A stretch of 42,985 nt of DNA from Gemmatimonadaceae bacterium (GTDB lineage Bacteria > Gemmatimonadota > Gemmatimonadetes > Gemmatimonadales > Gemmatimonadaceae), in NCBI GenBank assembly GCA_035265545.1, contig DATFOL010000164.1:1-42985 (forward strand), in the 5' to 3' direction. Position 1 is the first letter of the stretch. Each line of letters begins with the position of its first letter. Under the pieces are notes generated by a model, which saw only the letters and a list, made by a program, of their open reading frames with translations, ran no database searches and had not been told where the DNA came from. Made by a program: the position numbers and the translations under genes. Positions 1 to 9,102 of this stretch are shown piece after piece.

Positions 1-144
1 GTCGCGGTGATGCACGAGGGACGGATCGCGCAGATCGGCACGGCGGCGGAGTTGGCGCGGGAGCCGGCGAACCCGTTCCTGGGGGCGTTCCTGGAGGCGG
101 GGGACCGGAAGAGCGCAGGGGTGAAGAAGATCAACTACCACTAG
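1..144 (+). CDS. ABC transporter ATP-binding protein, C-terminal fragment (5' end outside window)
   Basis: The frame is open from the window edge to TAG at 142-144. The translation VAVMHEGRIAQIGTAAELAREPANPFLGAFLEAG... looks like the conserved tail after the H-loop of ABC ATPases (VM..GRI.Q.G....L...P.N.F...F). Confidence 0.65.
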   Translation, partial: VAVMHEGRIAQIGTAAELAREPANPFLGAFLEAGDRKSAGVKKINYH

Positions 145-297
145 GGAACTGCCGCCTCAAGTACCGAGTACGACCGACGTAGCAGGTAGCCGGTCCCGGT
201 AGGAAGCTCCCGGAACACCCCTCGGGATCGCGACCGGACTGGTGGAAGTGCACGCCCGAAGCGTTAGCTTCGGCCTTCCTCTTTCCCGGGCACTCCG

Positions 298-819
298 ATG
301 CGCATCATCGTGATGCTGCTGGCGGTCGTGGTGGGGTTGGGGCTGATCGTGGTGGTCGTAGGCTATCTGCTCCCGGTGAAGCACGAGGCCACGGTGTCGA
401 CGCCGATCCCCGCGGCACCCGAGGCGGTGTGGGCGGCGCTGACCGACCCGGCCAGCTACCCGAAGTGGCGCGGCGACGTGACGTCGGTGGAGATGCTCCC
501 GGCGGACTCGGGGCACGTGGCGTGGCGCGAGCAGGGGAAGAACGGCGCAATCTCATATGCCATCGAGCTGGCTGAACCTCCACGACGGCTCGTCACGCGG
601 ATCACCGACAAGTCACTGCCGTTCGGCGGGTCGTGGGAGTACGTGGTGACCGGTGACGTCGCGGGGAGCCGAGTGCGGATCACCGAGCACGGCGAGGTCT
701 ACAACCCGGTGTTCCGGTTCGTGTCGCGGTTCATCATGGGCCATACCTCCACCGCGAACGCGTACCTGAAGGCGCTGGGAGCGCGCTTTGGGGCGGCGGT
801 GACGCCCGAGGTCGGGTAA
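298..819 (+). CDS. SRPBCC (polyketide cyclase/dehydrase-like) family protein with N-terminal TM anchor
   Basis: 173-aa ORF with an ATG start. It has a hydrophobic N-terminus (MRIIVMLLAVVVGLGLIVVVVG) followed by an SRPBCC-like core (PEAVWAALTDPASYPKWRGDV...WEYVV...G.RVRITEHGEVYNP.FRF). Confidence 0.7.
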   Translation: MRIIVMLLAVVVGLGLIVVVVGYLLPVKHEATVSTPIPAAPEAVWAALTDPASYPKWRGDVTSVEMLPADSGHVAWREQGKNGAISYAIELAEPPRRLVTRITDKSLPFGGSWEYVVTGDVAGSRVRITEHGEVYNPVFRFVSRFIMGHTSTANAYLKALGARFGAAVTPEVG

Positions 820-908
820 GCGGAGGCAGCGAAAGGGGTTCCACGCGGTGTGGCGCGCCTTTAGGATTATCTGAGTCGCGCGGCGGATGGTCGGCCGAGC
901 GGCGATGC

Positions 909-981
<73 letters not shown>

Positions 982-1030
982 CTCAGCAGGGCAATAACTT
1001 AGGGGACTTGGGCCACCGGGCGCAGAGGCT

Positions 1031-1053
1031 TGTCGCGGGACCTGTCGCGGGAC
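1031..1053. repeat. Tandem direct repeat, 2 x TGTCGCGGGAC separated by one C
   Basis: TGTCGCGGGAC occurs at 1031-1041 and again at 1043-1053, about 50 nt downstream of tRNA-Phe. Confidence 0.8.
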
Positions 1054-1073
1054 GTGCGCTATGCATAGTGCAC
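1054..1073. other. 20-nt near-perfect palindrome GTGCGCTATGCATAGTGCAC
   Basis: 9 of 10 half-site positions are self-complementary, with one G/T mismatch. It overlaps the stop codon of the 1059..1328 minus-strand ORF, between convergent tRNA-Phe and that ORF. Function unknown (operator or hairpin). Confidence 0.6.
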
Positions 1074-1328
1074 GACCGTGAACGCGAAAACCGCCTCCCA
1101 CGGGGGCATGGCCGGCCCGAACCTGTCGATGCTGAGCAATGCTCGTCCGAGTAGGACGGGCGTGCGAAGCGTGGCGTGGGACAAGCGATCATCGACGAAC
1201 AGCCACAGCCAGACTACAGCCGCGCCAACTAGGCCGGCGCGCAGGCCCTCGTGCGGGGAACGCAGCGAGCGGCGCACGGGCGTCGCCGCGGGATGCGAGG
1301 GAAGGAGACTGCTTTGCGGCGTCGCCAT
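1059..1328 (-). CDS. Hypothetical small membrane protein (possibly a truncated copy)
   Basis: 89-aa ORF with a plausible TM segment (GLRAGLVGAAVVWLWLFVDD) followed by TPVLLGRALL. It ends abruptly inside a second hydrophobic stretch (AVFAFTVVHYA*). I recognise no family motif. The coding call is weak in this high-GC background. Confidence 0.3.
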   Translation of the reverse strand: MATPQSSLLPSHPAATPVRRSLRSPHEGLRAGLVGAAVVWLWLFVDDRLSHATLRTPVLLGRALLSIDRFGPAMPPWEAVFAFTVVHYA

Positions 1329-1523
1329 GGGTACCTCACGGACCGACTGGGTTGGTAGCGTTTGCGCTCCGGACGCTCCAATGTGGTGGGGGGGAGTGAT
1401 GACGTCCTGTGCGCGCTTGTGGAACGCCGTTGCTGTGGCACCAAGGGGTCCCTTGCCGCACGAGGCGTGGCGCGAGGACGCGACGCGCTGCGATCGCCGC
1501 GACCCATGCGGCGCCCAGCGCTC

Positions 1524-3854
1524 TCAGAAAAGCACCTTGTACACCAGCGCGATGTTCCGTCCCGGGTTGAGCGCGAACGTCTTGATGCGGCTCGTCGCAT
1601 CGACGTACTTCTCGTCGAGCGCGTTATCGACGCGCAGCATGACGGAGTTGAGCCCGCTGCCCAGAGCAAGTGTGTAACCCACGCTGAGGTCGAGCAGGTC
1701 GTACGCCGGTGTTGCCAGTCCCGCTGGATCTTCCTCAGACACCGATGGCGGCACGCGAGTCTGCTCGAAGGCGTGCCGGTATTCGGCGGATAGCGAATAG
1801 CGCGAGTCGTTCCACCGGGCCAGCCCGCCAAGACGCGCGGCGGGCATGAACGGAAGGGGCGTGTTCGATCCCTTGAGCTGGCCGCGAACCATGTCGCCCA
1901 TGCCGCCCAGTACGAGGTGCGGCGCGACCTCCACCTCGAGGCGGCCCTCCACTCCGCGAAGCGTGGCGTCCGCCTGTGAGATGCGGTTCAGCGGCACGGC
2001 AGTCACTCCATCCTCACTATCGACCGTCGTGTCCTTGACGATGTTCGGGGTGATGTAGTTCTGAATGCCATTGAAGAAGCCTGCGAGTTGACCGTTCACC
2101 CGTCGGCCTTCGACCCGGAGGATTCCATCGAATCCCTGGTTGACCTCTGCCTCGAGGGTTGGATTCCCGACGTCGTAGGTACCCGCCGCCGCGTGGAATG
2201 CGTTCGACGAGAGCTCCTCGACGGACGGTGCGCGGAACGCACGCGCGAAGCTTCCCGCGAGGGTCGCGTGGCCGCCGAGTGGTACGCTCAGTCCCACGCT
2301 ACCCGAGAACTGATCGAAGGTGCGCTTGCCGACGAAGGCATCGAACTTTTCATCGCCGCCTCCCTTGATGTTGATCTTGTACGCGTCGGCTCGGCCACCG
2401 ACCTGCAGCTTGGGCACGCGCGCGTCCGGATCGCTCGTCGCCGTGCCGAGCGAGATCTCCTGAAACACGAAGGCGCCGAGGCCGTTGCTGTTGGCCGCCG
2501 GCGTGAGCGCCTCCTCGCCGAGTGCGGCGTACTCCTTGAAGATTCCCGACACGCCTGCGGCCCCGTTCATGCGGCCCGCGCGAGTCCGCGCGAGCGCATC
2601 GATCGTCTGCGTCTTCAGGTTGAAGCTCGTGTTGGTGGCTCCCGTCGCCTGATCGATCTCGGCGTGCTCATACCACTGGCCGGTGCCGCTCACCCGGAGT
2701 GACGTCAGCGCACCCTTGTTGAGGGTGAAGTCGCTTCGGCCAACCAGCTCGTGGCGACGACCGTCAATCTTCGCCACTTCTCCCTCGCCGGAGGGCAAGC
2801 CGTAATCGAACTTGTAGCCACGGTAGATGAGGCCTCCGGTCGCTGCGTTCGTCGAGAAGCCGAAACCACCGACACCATTGTAGTTGTGATAGAAGCTGTT
2901 GGGGAGCTCGAGGCGACCACCCTGCCGCAGATCGTTGGTATGCCGTGCGCCACCGCGCGCGACGAGCGCAAAACGCTCACCGAGAGGAAGAGTGACGCCC
3001 CCAGCAACGGCGGCGCCGGGGGTGGCCGATTCCGTCTGCGCGGCAAGGTATCCGTCGACGTGCGTCGGAATGGACGTGGGTATGTCATTGGAGATGACGT
3101 TCACCACGCCACCAAGTGCCTGATTGCCATACAGCAACGACGCGGGTCCCCGCACGATCTCGATGCGCTGCGCGGTGAGCGGATCGATCGAGACACCATG
3201 GTCAGGGGCAGCCGACGAAAGGTCGGCCGCGCGATCGCCGTCCTGCAGCACGAGGATGCGCTCGCCCTGAAGTCCGCGGATGACCGGAGCGGTCGCCGCG
3301 GGTCCACTGTATCGCACCGAGATGCCGGGCTCCCGGGCGAGGGTCTGGGCCACGGTTCCGCCGAGTTGCCTCGCCAGATCCTGCCCCGACAGCGAGCTGA
3401 CCGACTGGGGGACGTCGCGTGGATCGCCGCCGGTCACGGTAGCTGTGACCTGCACGTTGGTCAGCTCGACCGCCGCCGCCGAGAGGGTGATGGTCACCCG
3501 CACACCGGGTCCGTCGGCGGGGATCACGACGTCCGCGTGGCCTGGTGCAAAGCCGATGCGCAGCGTGGCCAGATGATAGGTGCCCGCGGGGAGTGACACG
3601 AAGCGGAACATCCCCTCGTCGTTCGTCGTCGCCGTACGGTTGAGCTGCGCGATGATGACCTGCGCGCTGGCCACCGGATGTCCGGCGGCGTCCTCGACCA
3701 CACCAGCGAGGTTGGTGGCAATGGACCGCGTCGTGCGATCCGGCGCGCCGGTCATCCCGCTTGCGATGCGCAACGGACTGAGAGCGAGCAGGGCGCCGGT
3801 CATCACGATGGCAACCCTGAGCGACAGCATGTGAACGCGAACGAACAACCGCAT
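1524..3854 (-). CDS. TonB-dependent receptor with N-terminal carboxypeptidase-regulatory-like domain
   Basis: Signal peptide from the internal Met (MRLFVRVHMLSLRVAIVMTGALLALSP). CarboxypepD_reg-like segment (GVVEDAAGHPVASAQVII...TNDEGMFRFVSLPAGTYHL). Plug-like segment (IEIVRGPASLLYGNQALGGVVNV). Long beta-barrel ending in the typical terminal aromatic (...ALVYKVLF*). The ORF is open upstream to 3950, but that extension lacks a signal peptide. Confidence 0.88.
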   Translation of the reverse strand: MRLFVRVHMLSLRVAIVMTGALLALSPLRIASGMTGAPDRTTRSIATNLAGVVEDAAGHPVASAQVIIAQLNRTATTNDEGMFRFVSLPAGTYHLATLRIGFAPGHADVVIPADGPGVRVTITLSAAAVELTNVQVTATVTGGDPRDVPQSVSSLSGQDLARQLGGTVAQTLAREPGISVRYSGPAATAPVIRGLQGERILVLQDGDRAADLSSAAPDHGVSIDPLTAQRIEIVRGPASLLYGNQALGGVVNVISNDIPTSIPTHVDGYLAAQTESATPGAAVAGGVTLPLGERFALVARGGARHTNDLRQGGRLELPNSFYHNYNGVGGFGFSTNAATGGLIYRGYKFDYGLPSGEGEVAKIDGRRHELVGRSDFTLNKGALTSLRVSGTGQWYEHAEIDQATGATNTSFNLKTQTIDALARTRAGRMNGAAGVSGIFKEYAALGEEALTPAANSNGLGAFVFQEISLGTATSDPDARVPKLQVGGRADAYKINIKGGGDEKFDAFVGKRTFDQFSGSVGLSVPLGGHATLAGSFARAFRAPSVEELSSNAFHAAAGTYDVGNPTLEAEVNQGFDGILRVEGRRVNGQLAGFFNGIQNYITPNIVKDTTVDSEDGVTAVPLNRISQADATLRGVEGRLEVEVAPHLVLGGMGDMVRGQLKGSNTPLPFMPAARLGGLARWNDSRYSLSAEYRHAFEQTRVPPSVSEEDPAGLATPAYDLLDLSVGYTLALGSGLNSVMLRVDNALDEKYVDATSRIKTFALNPGRNIALVYKVLF

Positions 3855-4153
3855 GGCCTGAATCTCCGAGCTGACGAGAGGACTGAGTACCGCGAATACC
3901 AGCGGCGTGCGCACCGGGAAGCGACTCGCATCGTCGGTCACGCCTGACAAACCTCACTTGGAAGAGCGTCTCGCTGCTCAGCGAGAACGCCGTGACGACG
4001 GACGTCGGTGGAAGGATCACCGCAGTAGCGCCACGCGTCTTGTGCCAGGTTGCGGTCGTGGCTCGTCCCCATGCGCACGCGCGTGTGAATCGCGTCCAGC
4101 ACGAACACAACGTGGTGCAATACGCCGACGGCCACGGCGGTGAACATGATCGC

Positions 4154-5647
4154 ATGACCATGACTGAGACGAATGCCATCAGCGCGATGACGCCGGCGAG
4201 TGTCGTCCTCGCCGAACTGCACGCCGCGCCAGGTCATCGTGGCGTGGTGCTGCTCGTCTGCATCGGCACGTTCATGACCACACTGGACGCGTCGATCGTG
4301 AACATCGGACTGCCGACGATCGCGCGAGCTTTCCACACTCCGGTGAGCGGCGCGATCGAGTGGGTGGTCATCGCCTATCTCGTCGTCATCGCCGCATTGC
4401 TCCTAACCTTCGGGCGGATCTCCGACCTGGTGGGCCGCAGGCCGGTGTGGACCGCGGGCCTAGTGGTCTTTGTCGTGGGATCGGCGCTGTGCGGAGCCGC
4501 GAGCTCGCTCGAGATCATGATCGGCGCCCGAATCGTGCAAGGTATTGGCGCGGCGCTGATGCTCGCGACGAGCACGGCGATCCTCAGCGACGCGGTCGCG
4601 CCGAGGGAGCGCGGTCGTGCGTTCGGGTGGAACGCGGTCGCCGTCGCGTTGGGCGGCACCACGGGGCCTACGTTGGGCGGACTGCTCACCCAGTATCTGA
4701 GCTGGCGCTGGATCTTCTACGTCAACATACCGGTCGGCATCGGCGCGATCGCTACATCGCTGCGCATCTTGCCACGGATCATGAGCCGGATGCCCAGGCG
4801 CTTCGATCTGACGGGTGCGCTGTTCCTCGCCACCGCACTCACCGCGCTGAACATCGCGATAACGTTTGGCGCGAGATGGGGGTGGCGCTCTGCTCTGCTA
4901 CTCGGCACCCTGGCGCTCGGCGTCGGGTCGCTCACTGTCGCTGTACTAACCGACCGTGGCAAAACGGACGCGCTCCTCGATCTGGCGCTGCTGCGCCAGC
5001 GGGTCTTCGCGTCGGCACTGGCGAGCCTGATGCTCGCTACGGTGGCGCTGTTCGCGGTTGCGTTCCTCTTCCCGTTCTACCTCGAGGATCTGCGAGGCCT
5101 TTCGACCGCCCAGTCCGGACGGCTCCTCACGCCCTATCCGCTCACGTACGCCGTCGTCGCCCCGGTCGCTGGAGCGCTGGCGGACCGATTCGGCTCACGC
5201 TGGCTGGCACCGGTCGGCCTGGCGATCGCCGCCACAGTGCTCATTCTGCTGGCGCAGCTGGACGCCCACAGCTCGACGTGGAGCATCGCGTGGCGGCTTG
5301 CCGCGGGAGGGTTCGGCATGGCGCTGTTCATGACGCCGAACACGCGAGCGGTGATGTCGGCCGCACCGGTGGGCGAAGCGGGCGAAGCGTCGGGGCTGCT
5401 CGCGACGGCGCGGATCACCGGCCAGTCGCTGAGCGTGGCCATGGCCGGCGCAGTGCTCACGAGTCTCGGCGCGGCTGCCGCCGGCAGCAGGCTCGTCGCA
5501 CAGCGCGCGATCGCGGGCCATGGAGCGACGGAGATTCAAGCGCTCGAGGCGACGTTCCTCCACGGCTACCGCGTCGCGCTGTTCACGTGCGCCGCGTTCG
5601 CGACGATGGGCGCGCTTGCCGCCCTCGGGCGCGGGCGAGAGCGCTGA
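4154..5647 (+). CDS. MFS transporter, DHA2 (EmrB/QacA-like, 14-TMS) drug:H+ antiporter family
   Basis: Signature LLVCIGTFMTTLDASIVNIGLPTIA, motif-A-like GRISDLVGRRP, and many TM segments over about 497 aa. The start is placed at ATG 4154 (MTMTETN...). The ORF is open upstream to 3992, but that part is non-hydrophobic and Arg/His-rich. Confidence 0.85.
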   Translation: MTMTETNAISAMTPASVVLAELHAAPGHRGVVLLVCIGTFMTTLDASIVNIGLPTIARAFHTPVSGAIEWVVIAYLVVIAALLLTFGRISDLVGRRPVWTAGLVVFVVGSALCGAASSLEIMIGARIVQGIGAALMLATSTAILSDAVAPRERGRAFGWNAVAVALGGTTGPTLGGLLTQYLSWRWIFYVNIPVGIGAIATSLRILPRIMSRMPRRFDLTGALFLATALTALNIAITFGARWGWRSALLLGTLALGVGSLTVAVLTDRGKTDALLDLALLRQRVFASALASLMLATVALFAVAFLFPFYLEDLRGLSTAQSGRLLTPYPLTYAVVAPVAGALADRFGSRWLAPVGLAIAATVLILLAQLDAHSSTWSIAWRLAAGGFGMALFMTPNTRAVMSAAPVGEAGEASGLLATARITGQSLSVAMAGAVLTSLGAAAAGSRLVAQRAIAGHGATEIQALEATFLHGYRVALFTCAAFATMGALAALGRGRER

Positions 5648-5712
5648 CGTCCGCGTTTCGCCGGCTTCTCACGGCCGGCGAGCGAGTCACGGTGCTCGAG
5701 CCCGCGCGCGCA

Positions 5713-6516
5713 TCATCGCGCGTCCCCCAGCGCGTGCACGATCGTGTCCGCCAGTGCCGCACCCTCGCGCCCTGCGATCACGTGGCCACCATCGCGCCGA
5801 ATTGGACGAGCCAGGGTGCGGTCCAACAAATGGCAGATCGCATCGTGATCGCGACGGCCGTAGATGCACAGCACGGCCGTGCCGCGCAGACGCTCGATCT
5901 CCGGCGCGACGGGCAAATCACCTTCGCGGTGCATAGTCGTCACCAGATCGACGAGATGGAACTCGAATCCCGCCCATTGTGACGGTCCGAGCAATGCCAC
6001 GAGTGTGATCCGGCGACGCAGGTCCTCAGGCAGACGGGACACCATGAACGGCGCCAGGTCAGCTCCGCGTGAGTAACCGATCACGACGATGCGGCTCCGC
6101 CCCCACGCGGTGATGTAGTGGCGCAGGATGCGTCCGAGGTCACGAGAGAGCGCGTCAGGTGAGCGCGCGCTCGCGAGGTAGCGCGGTGAGCTGAGTCCAG
6201 CGACGGGAATGCCCTGTGCGGCAAGCGCATTCGAGATCGCGCGGTCCGCAGGGGCCCATCCTCCGTCACCGGTGAGCATCACCGCGAACGTGCTCCCCGC
6301 GCCACTGGTGGGGACCTCGATGAGTGGGAGATCGGCGACGCTCGCCGCCTCGCCAGTCGTCGAGCTCGACACCTTCGCGGCTGGTGAAGCGGGCGGCGCT
6401 TCCGAGTGATTGCCGCGACATCCGACGAGGCTGGCGGAGCCGAGCACGAAGATGATCCGCCACGTGCGACAGACCGCACGCACGCGAGCGCGCATGGTGC
6501 TGATGATGGGCGTCAT
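5713..6516 (-). CDS. acvB: VirJ/AcvB-family lipoprotein (putative lysyl-phosphatidylglycerol hydrolase)
   Basis: 267 aa with lipobox LVGC. VirJ-domain pattern LPLIEVP...FAVMLTGDGGWAPADR...QGIPVAGLSS.RY...IVVIGYSRGADLAPF...CIYGRRD. Its ATG (6516-6514) overlaps the mprF stop in an ATGA overlap. The long 537-aa ORF in the track is this gene plus an out-of-frame read through mprF. Confidence 0.8.
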   Translation of the reverse strand: MTPIISTMRARVRAVCRTWRIIFVLGSASLVGCRGNHSEAPPASPAAKVSSSTTGEAASVADLPLIEVPTSGAGSTFAVMLTGDGGWAPADRAISNALAAQGIPVAGLSSPRYLASARSPDALSRDLGRILRHYITAWGRSRIVVIGYSRGADLAPFMVSRLPEDLRRRITLVALLGPSQWAGFEFHLVDLVTTMHREGDLPVAPEIERLRGTAVLCIYGRRDHDAICHLLDRTLARPIRRDGGHVIAGREGAALADTIVHALGDAR

Positions 6517-9080
6517 TTCGCGACCGCCCCCAAAAGGCCACCCGAGACGAGCGCGGTCACGTTCGCGAGAACGCTCGGCAGGGCGAGTCCACCCGGCGAG
6601 GCAAGATACCTGGCCCTCCACACGGGATCGAACTTCTCCTTGTAGTGGCGCAAACCCTGAAAGTTGTAGAAGTGCTCTCCCTGGCGATACAGCATGGCAC
6701 CCATGCGGCTCCAGCGCGGTGAGAGCGCGCGCGCCTCCATGCCGGACAAGGGCGCCATGCCGAGGCCGAACCACTGATAGCCCTGCGCGGTTCCCCAGAG
6801 CATGAGCTGCACGAAGAGAAATTCCATCACGCCGCGCGGCGCGCCTGGCTCGTAGCGCATCAGATCGGGGGCCAATTCTTCGCGCGTCGCGCTGAGGCAG
6901 ACGTTCGCGAACGCCACCACGCGGCCTCCCTGTCGCACCACGGCGACCGGGAATCGGCGGAGGTATGCCTCGTCGAAGGAGCCCAAGGAAAACCCCTTCT
7001 CCCGAGTGTGCTTCGCGGCAAGCCACGTGTCCGAGACGCGCTCGAGCTCCGGCAGCACGCCGGCAACGGACTCCCGCGCGATGAGCTCGAAGCTGCACCC
7101 CGCACGCTCGAGATCCCGTAGCGTGCGGCGCATCCATCGCCGACGTGTGCCTTCGAGCGTGAAGGCGTGCAAGGGCGCGCGCGCCTCCTCCCCGAGCTTG
7201 AAAAGCGTGAGTCCGAGATCGACATACAGACCGAGGTGCTCGGGGCCGACTTCGTAGAACACGGCACGGCCGCCGTGATGGTCGGCCATCTCCTTGAATC
7301 GCCACGCGAGCTCCGCACGATCGCACGCCGGACCGACGGGATCGCCCAGAGCGACCCAGCTGCGTCCGGACACGGCGTACATCAGCAGGCCACCGGCTTC
7401 GCCGAAGAGGAGTGCCTTGTCACCGAGGGCGCCGAGATAGGCGACTACCTGACCGGATTCGTACGCGATGCGCGTCGCACGATCGAGCTCCTCGGGCGTC
7501 GGGCACGGAGGCGCGGGCGATGCGGGCCGCATCAGCCGACTCATAGCGACAGCGACGATGGCTCCGACGGTGCCTACGGTCGCGCGCAGGAAGCGCGGTG
7601 CATTGCCCCTGAGCGTGAAGTGCCACCAAAGCTCGTGGGAGTAGGCGATCCGCTTGTACGAGAAGAGGCCGAGCCAGATGCTGCCGGCGACGACGAGCAA
7701 CACCGCGGCGACCCAGCCGGGTGACAAGGGCTCGCTCGTGAGCGCCGCGCGTCGATAGAAGTGCCGTCGCGAGGCCACAAGCACCGCGAGCACGCCCGTG
7801 AGGACCAGCGCCTCCTCCCAGTCCACCCCCTTGAGCAATGACGCAGAGATCCCAGTTGCGAGTGCAATGACGGTGAGATGGTATGCGGCGTCGAGCCGAC
7901 GCCGCAGCGCGTTCGCGAGAATCAGAAGTCCCACTCCCACCAGGCTGCCGATGAAGTGTGAGACCTCGATGACGCCGAGCGGCAGGATCGTGTCGAGCCA
8001 CGCAAGGCGGCCATGCACGGCTGGCGTCGCCCCCGAGGCGAGGAGCACGACGCCAGACAGGAAGGTGGCGACGCTGAGGATGTCTGGTGCGACAGCAGGC
8101 ACCCAACGTCGCGCGACACCGACCACTCGCGATACACCCGCTCGACGCTGATGCAGCTCGTACGCACCGAGCGTGACCGTCGCCGCCGCGAAGGGCGCCA
8201 GGTAGTAGATCGCGCGGTAGACGACCAGCGCACCAACCGCCTCACCGGCAGGCACATACGGCCGCACGAGCAGCACGATCGCGGCGTCGAACACGCCTAG
8301 TCCACCGGGTGCCTGGCTCAGGATCCCCGCCCACTGGGCAAGCAAGAAGCCACCGAGAAACACGGGGAACGTCAGGCGGTCCGTGAGGGGGAGTAACACG
8401 TAGAGCACCGCGCCCGCGAGCGTCCAGTCGGCCGCGGCCACGGCGAGTTGACCACATGCGAGCGCCGATCCGGGCATCCTCACCCGCCAGCCACGAATGC
8501 GGAGCGGTCGTCGCGCCGTCACGTTCGCGACGACGTACGCGACGACGAGCGCGAGGAGCGCAATGCCAATCGCGCGGGGTGCGATCGCCGGCACGACGTC
8601 GGGAGGCAACGGGAGCTTGGCCCCGAGCGCGAGCACCACACCGCCGGTGGTGACCATACCGACGACGCTGGTGCACAGAAGGAAGGCGATGCCTCGCGCA
8701 ATTTCCGGAGCCGAGAGTCCCCACGCCGACCAGAAGCGATAGCGGATCGAACCGCCCGTGAGCGCAGTGAAGCTCAGCGTATGGCTCACGGCGTACCCGA
8801 GCGTGGACGCGAATGCGACGCGCCGCAGCGGCAGCCGGCGTTGGAGATAGCGCAGCGCGAGCACGTCGTAGCCCGGCAGGACGGAGAAGTCGAGCGCAGT
8901 GAGCAAAAGCGCGGCGACGACGCGCCACCCCTCGATGGCCGCGGCACTGCGGGCGACATCGTGGTAGTGATAGGTGCGCAGCTCACGGTGCAGCACCGCG
9001 AGCGCCACCGATGCGGCGCCAAGGGCGACCAAGGGAGGAAGCCACCGGAGGACTCGCGCGAGCATGCTGCGTCTCATCAT
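6513..9080 (-). CDS. mprF: Bifunctional lysylphosphatidylglycerol flippase/synthetase MprF
   Basis: 855 aa. The N-terminal half is polytopic membrane (flippase-like). The C-terminal cytoplasmic part looks like an aminoacyl-PG synthase domain (...ALGDKALLF...GRSWVALGDPVG...FYEV....L..Y.DLGL...KLGEEA...FSL.G..R..MR...R...GC.FE...PEL..VSD.WL...REKGFSLG.F...YL...P). Confidence 0.88.
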   Translation of the reverse strand: MMRRSMLARVLRWLPPLVALGAASVALAVLHRELRTYHYHDVARSAAAIEGWRVVAALLLTALDFSVLPGYDVLALRYLQRRLPLRRVAFASTLGYAVSHTLSFTALTGGSIRYRFWSAWGLSAPEIARGIAFLLCTSVVGMVTTGGVVLALGAKLPLPPDVVPAIAPRAIGIALLALVVAYVVANVTARRPLRIRGWRVRMPGSALACGQLAVAAADWTLAGAVLYVLLPLTDRLTFPVFLGGFLLAQWAGILSQAPGGLGVFDAAIVLLVRPYVPAGEAVGALVVYRAIYYLAPFAAATVTLGAYELHQRRAGVSRVVGVARRWVPAVAPDILSVATFLSGVVLLASGATPAVHGRLAWLDTILPLGVIEVSHFIGSLVGVGLLILANALRRRLDAAYHLTVIALATGISASLLKGVDWEEALVLTGVLAVLVASRRHFYRRAALTSEPLSPGWVAAVLLVVAGSIWLGLFSYKRIAYSHELWWHFTLRGNAPRFLRATVGTVGAIVAVAMSRLMRPASPAPPCPTPEELDRATRIAYESGQVVAYLGALGDKALLFGEAGGLLMYAVSGRSWVALGDPVGPACDRAELAWRFKEMADHHGGRAVFYEVGPEHLGLYVDLGLTLFKLGEEARAPLHAFTLEGTRRRWMRRTLRDLERAGCSFELIARESVAGVLPELERVSDTWLAAKHTREKGFSLGSFDEAYLRRFPVAVVRQGGRVVAFANVCLSATREELAPDLMRYEPGAPRGVMEFLFVQLMLWGTAQGYQWFGLGMAPLSGMEARALSPRWSRMGAMLYRQGEHFYNFQGLRHYKEKFDPVWRARYLASPGGLALPSVLANVTALVSGGLLGAVAK

Positions 9081-9102
9081 GAACGGTCCCGTCCTGGCGC
9101 GC

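Noticed and set aside
3855-4153. Possible riboswitch (cobalamin or TPP) or other leader RNA upstream of the TonB-dependent receptor, in the 300-nt divergent region shared with the MFS gene
   Set aside because: I read the minus-strand leader for a B12 box and for the TPP CUGAGA / ACCUGAUC elements and found neither. Only a short 6-bp hairpin (3970-3985) is present. A covariance-model scan would be needed for a definitive answer.
4360-5982. 540-aa plus-strand ORF overlapping the MFS gene out of frame and running into the acvB region
   Set aside because: The composition is Arg-rich and non-membrane, although the MFS frame in the same DNA shows 14-TMS character. This is a GC-driven open frame.
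6517-7326. N-terminal 270 aa of the 537-aa minus-strand ORF (5713..7326)
   Set aside because: This part is an out-of-frame read through the 3' half of mprF (Arg/Gly/Ala-rich). The VirJ-like protein starts with a lipoprotein signal at the internal Met at 6516, exactly at the mprF stop.
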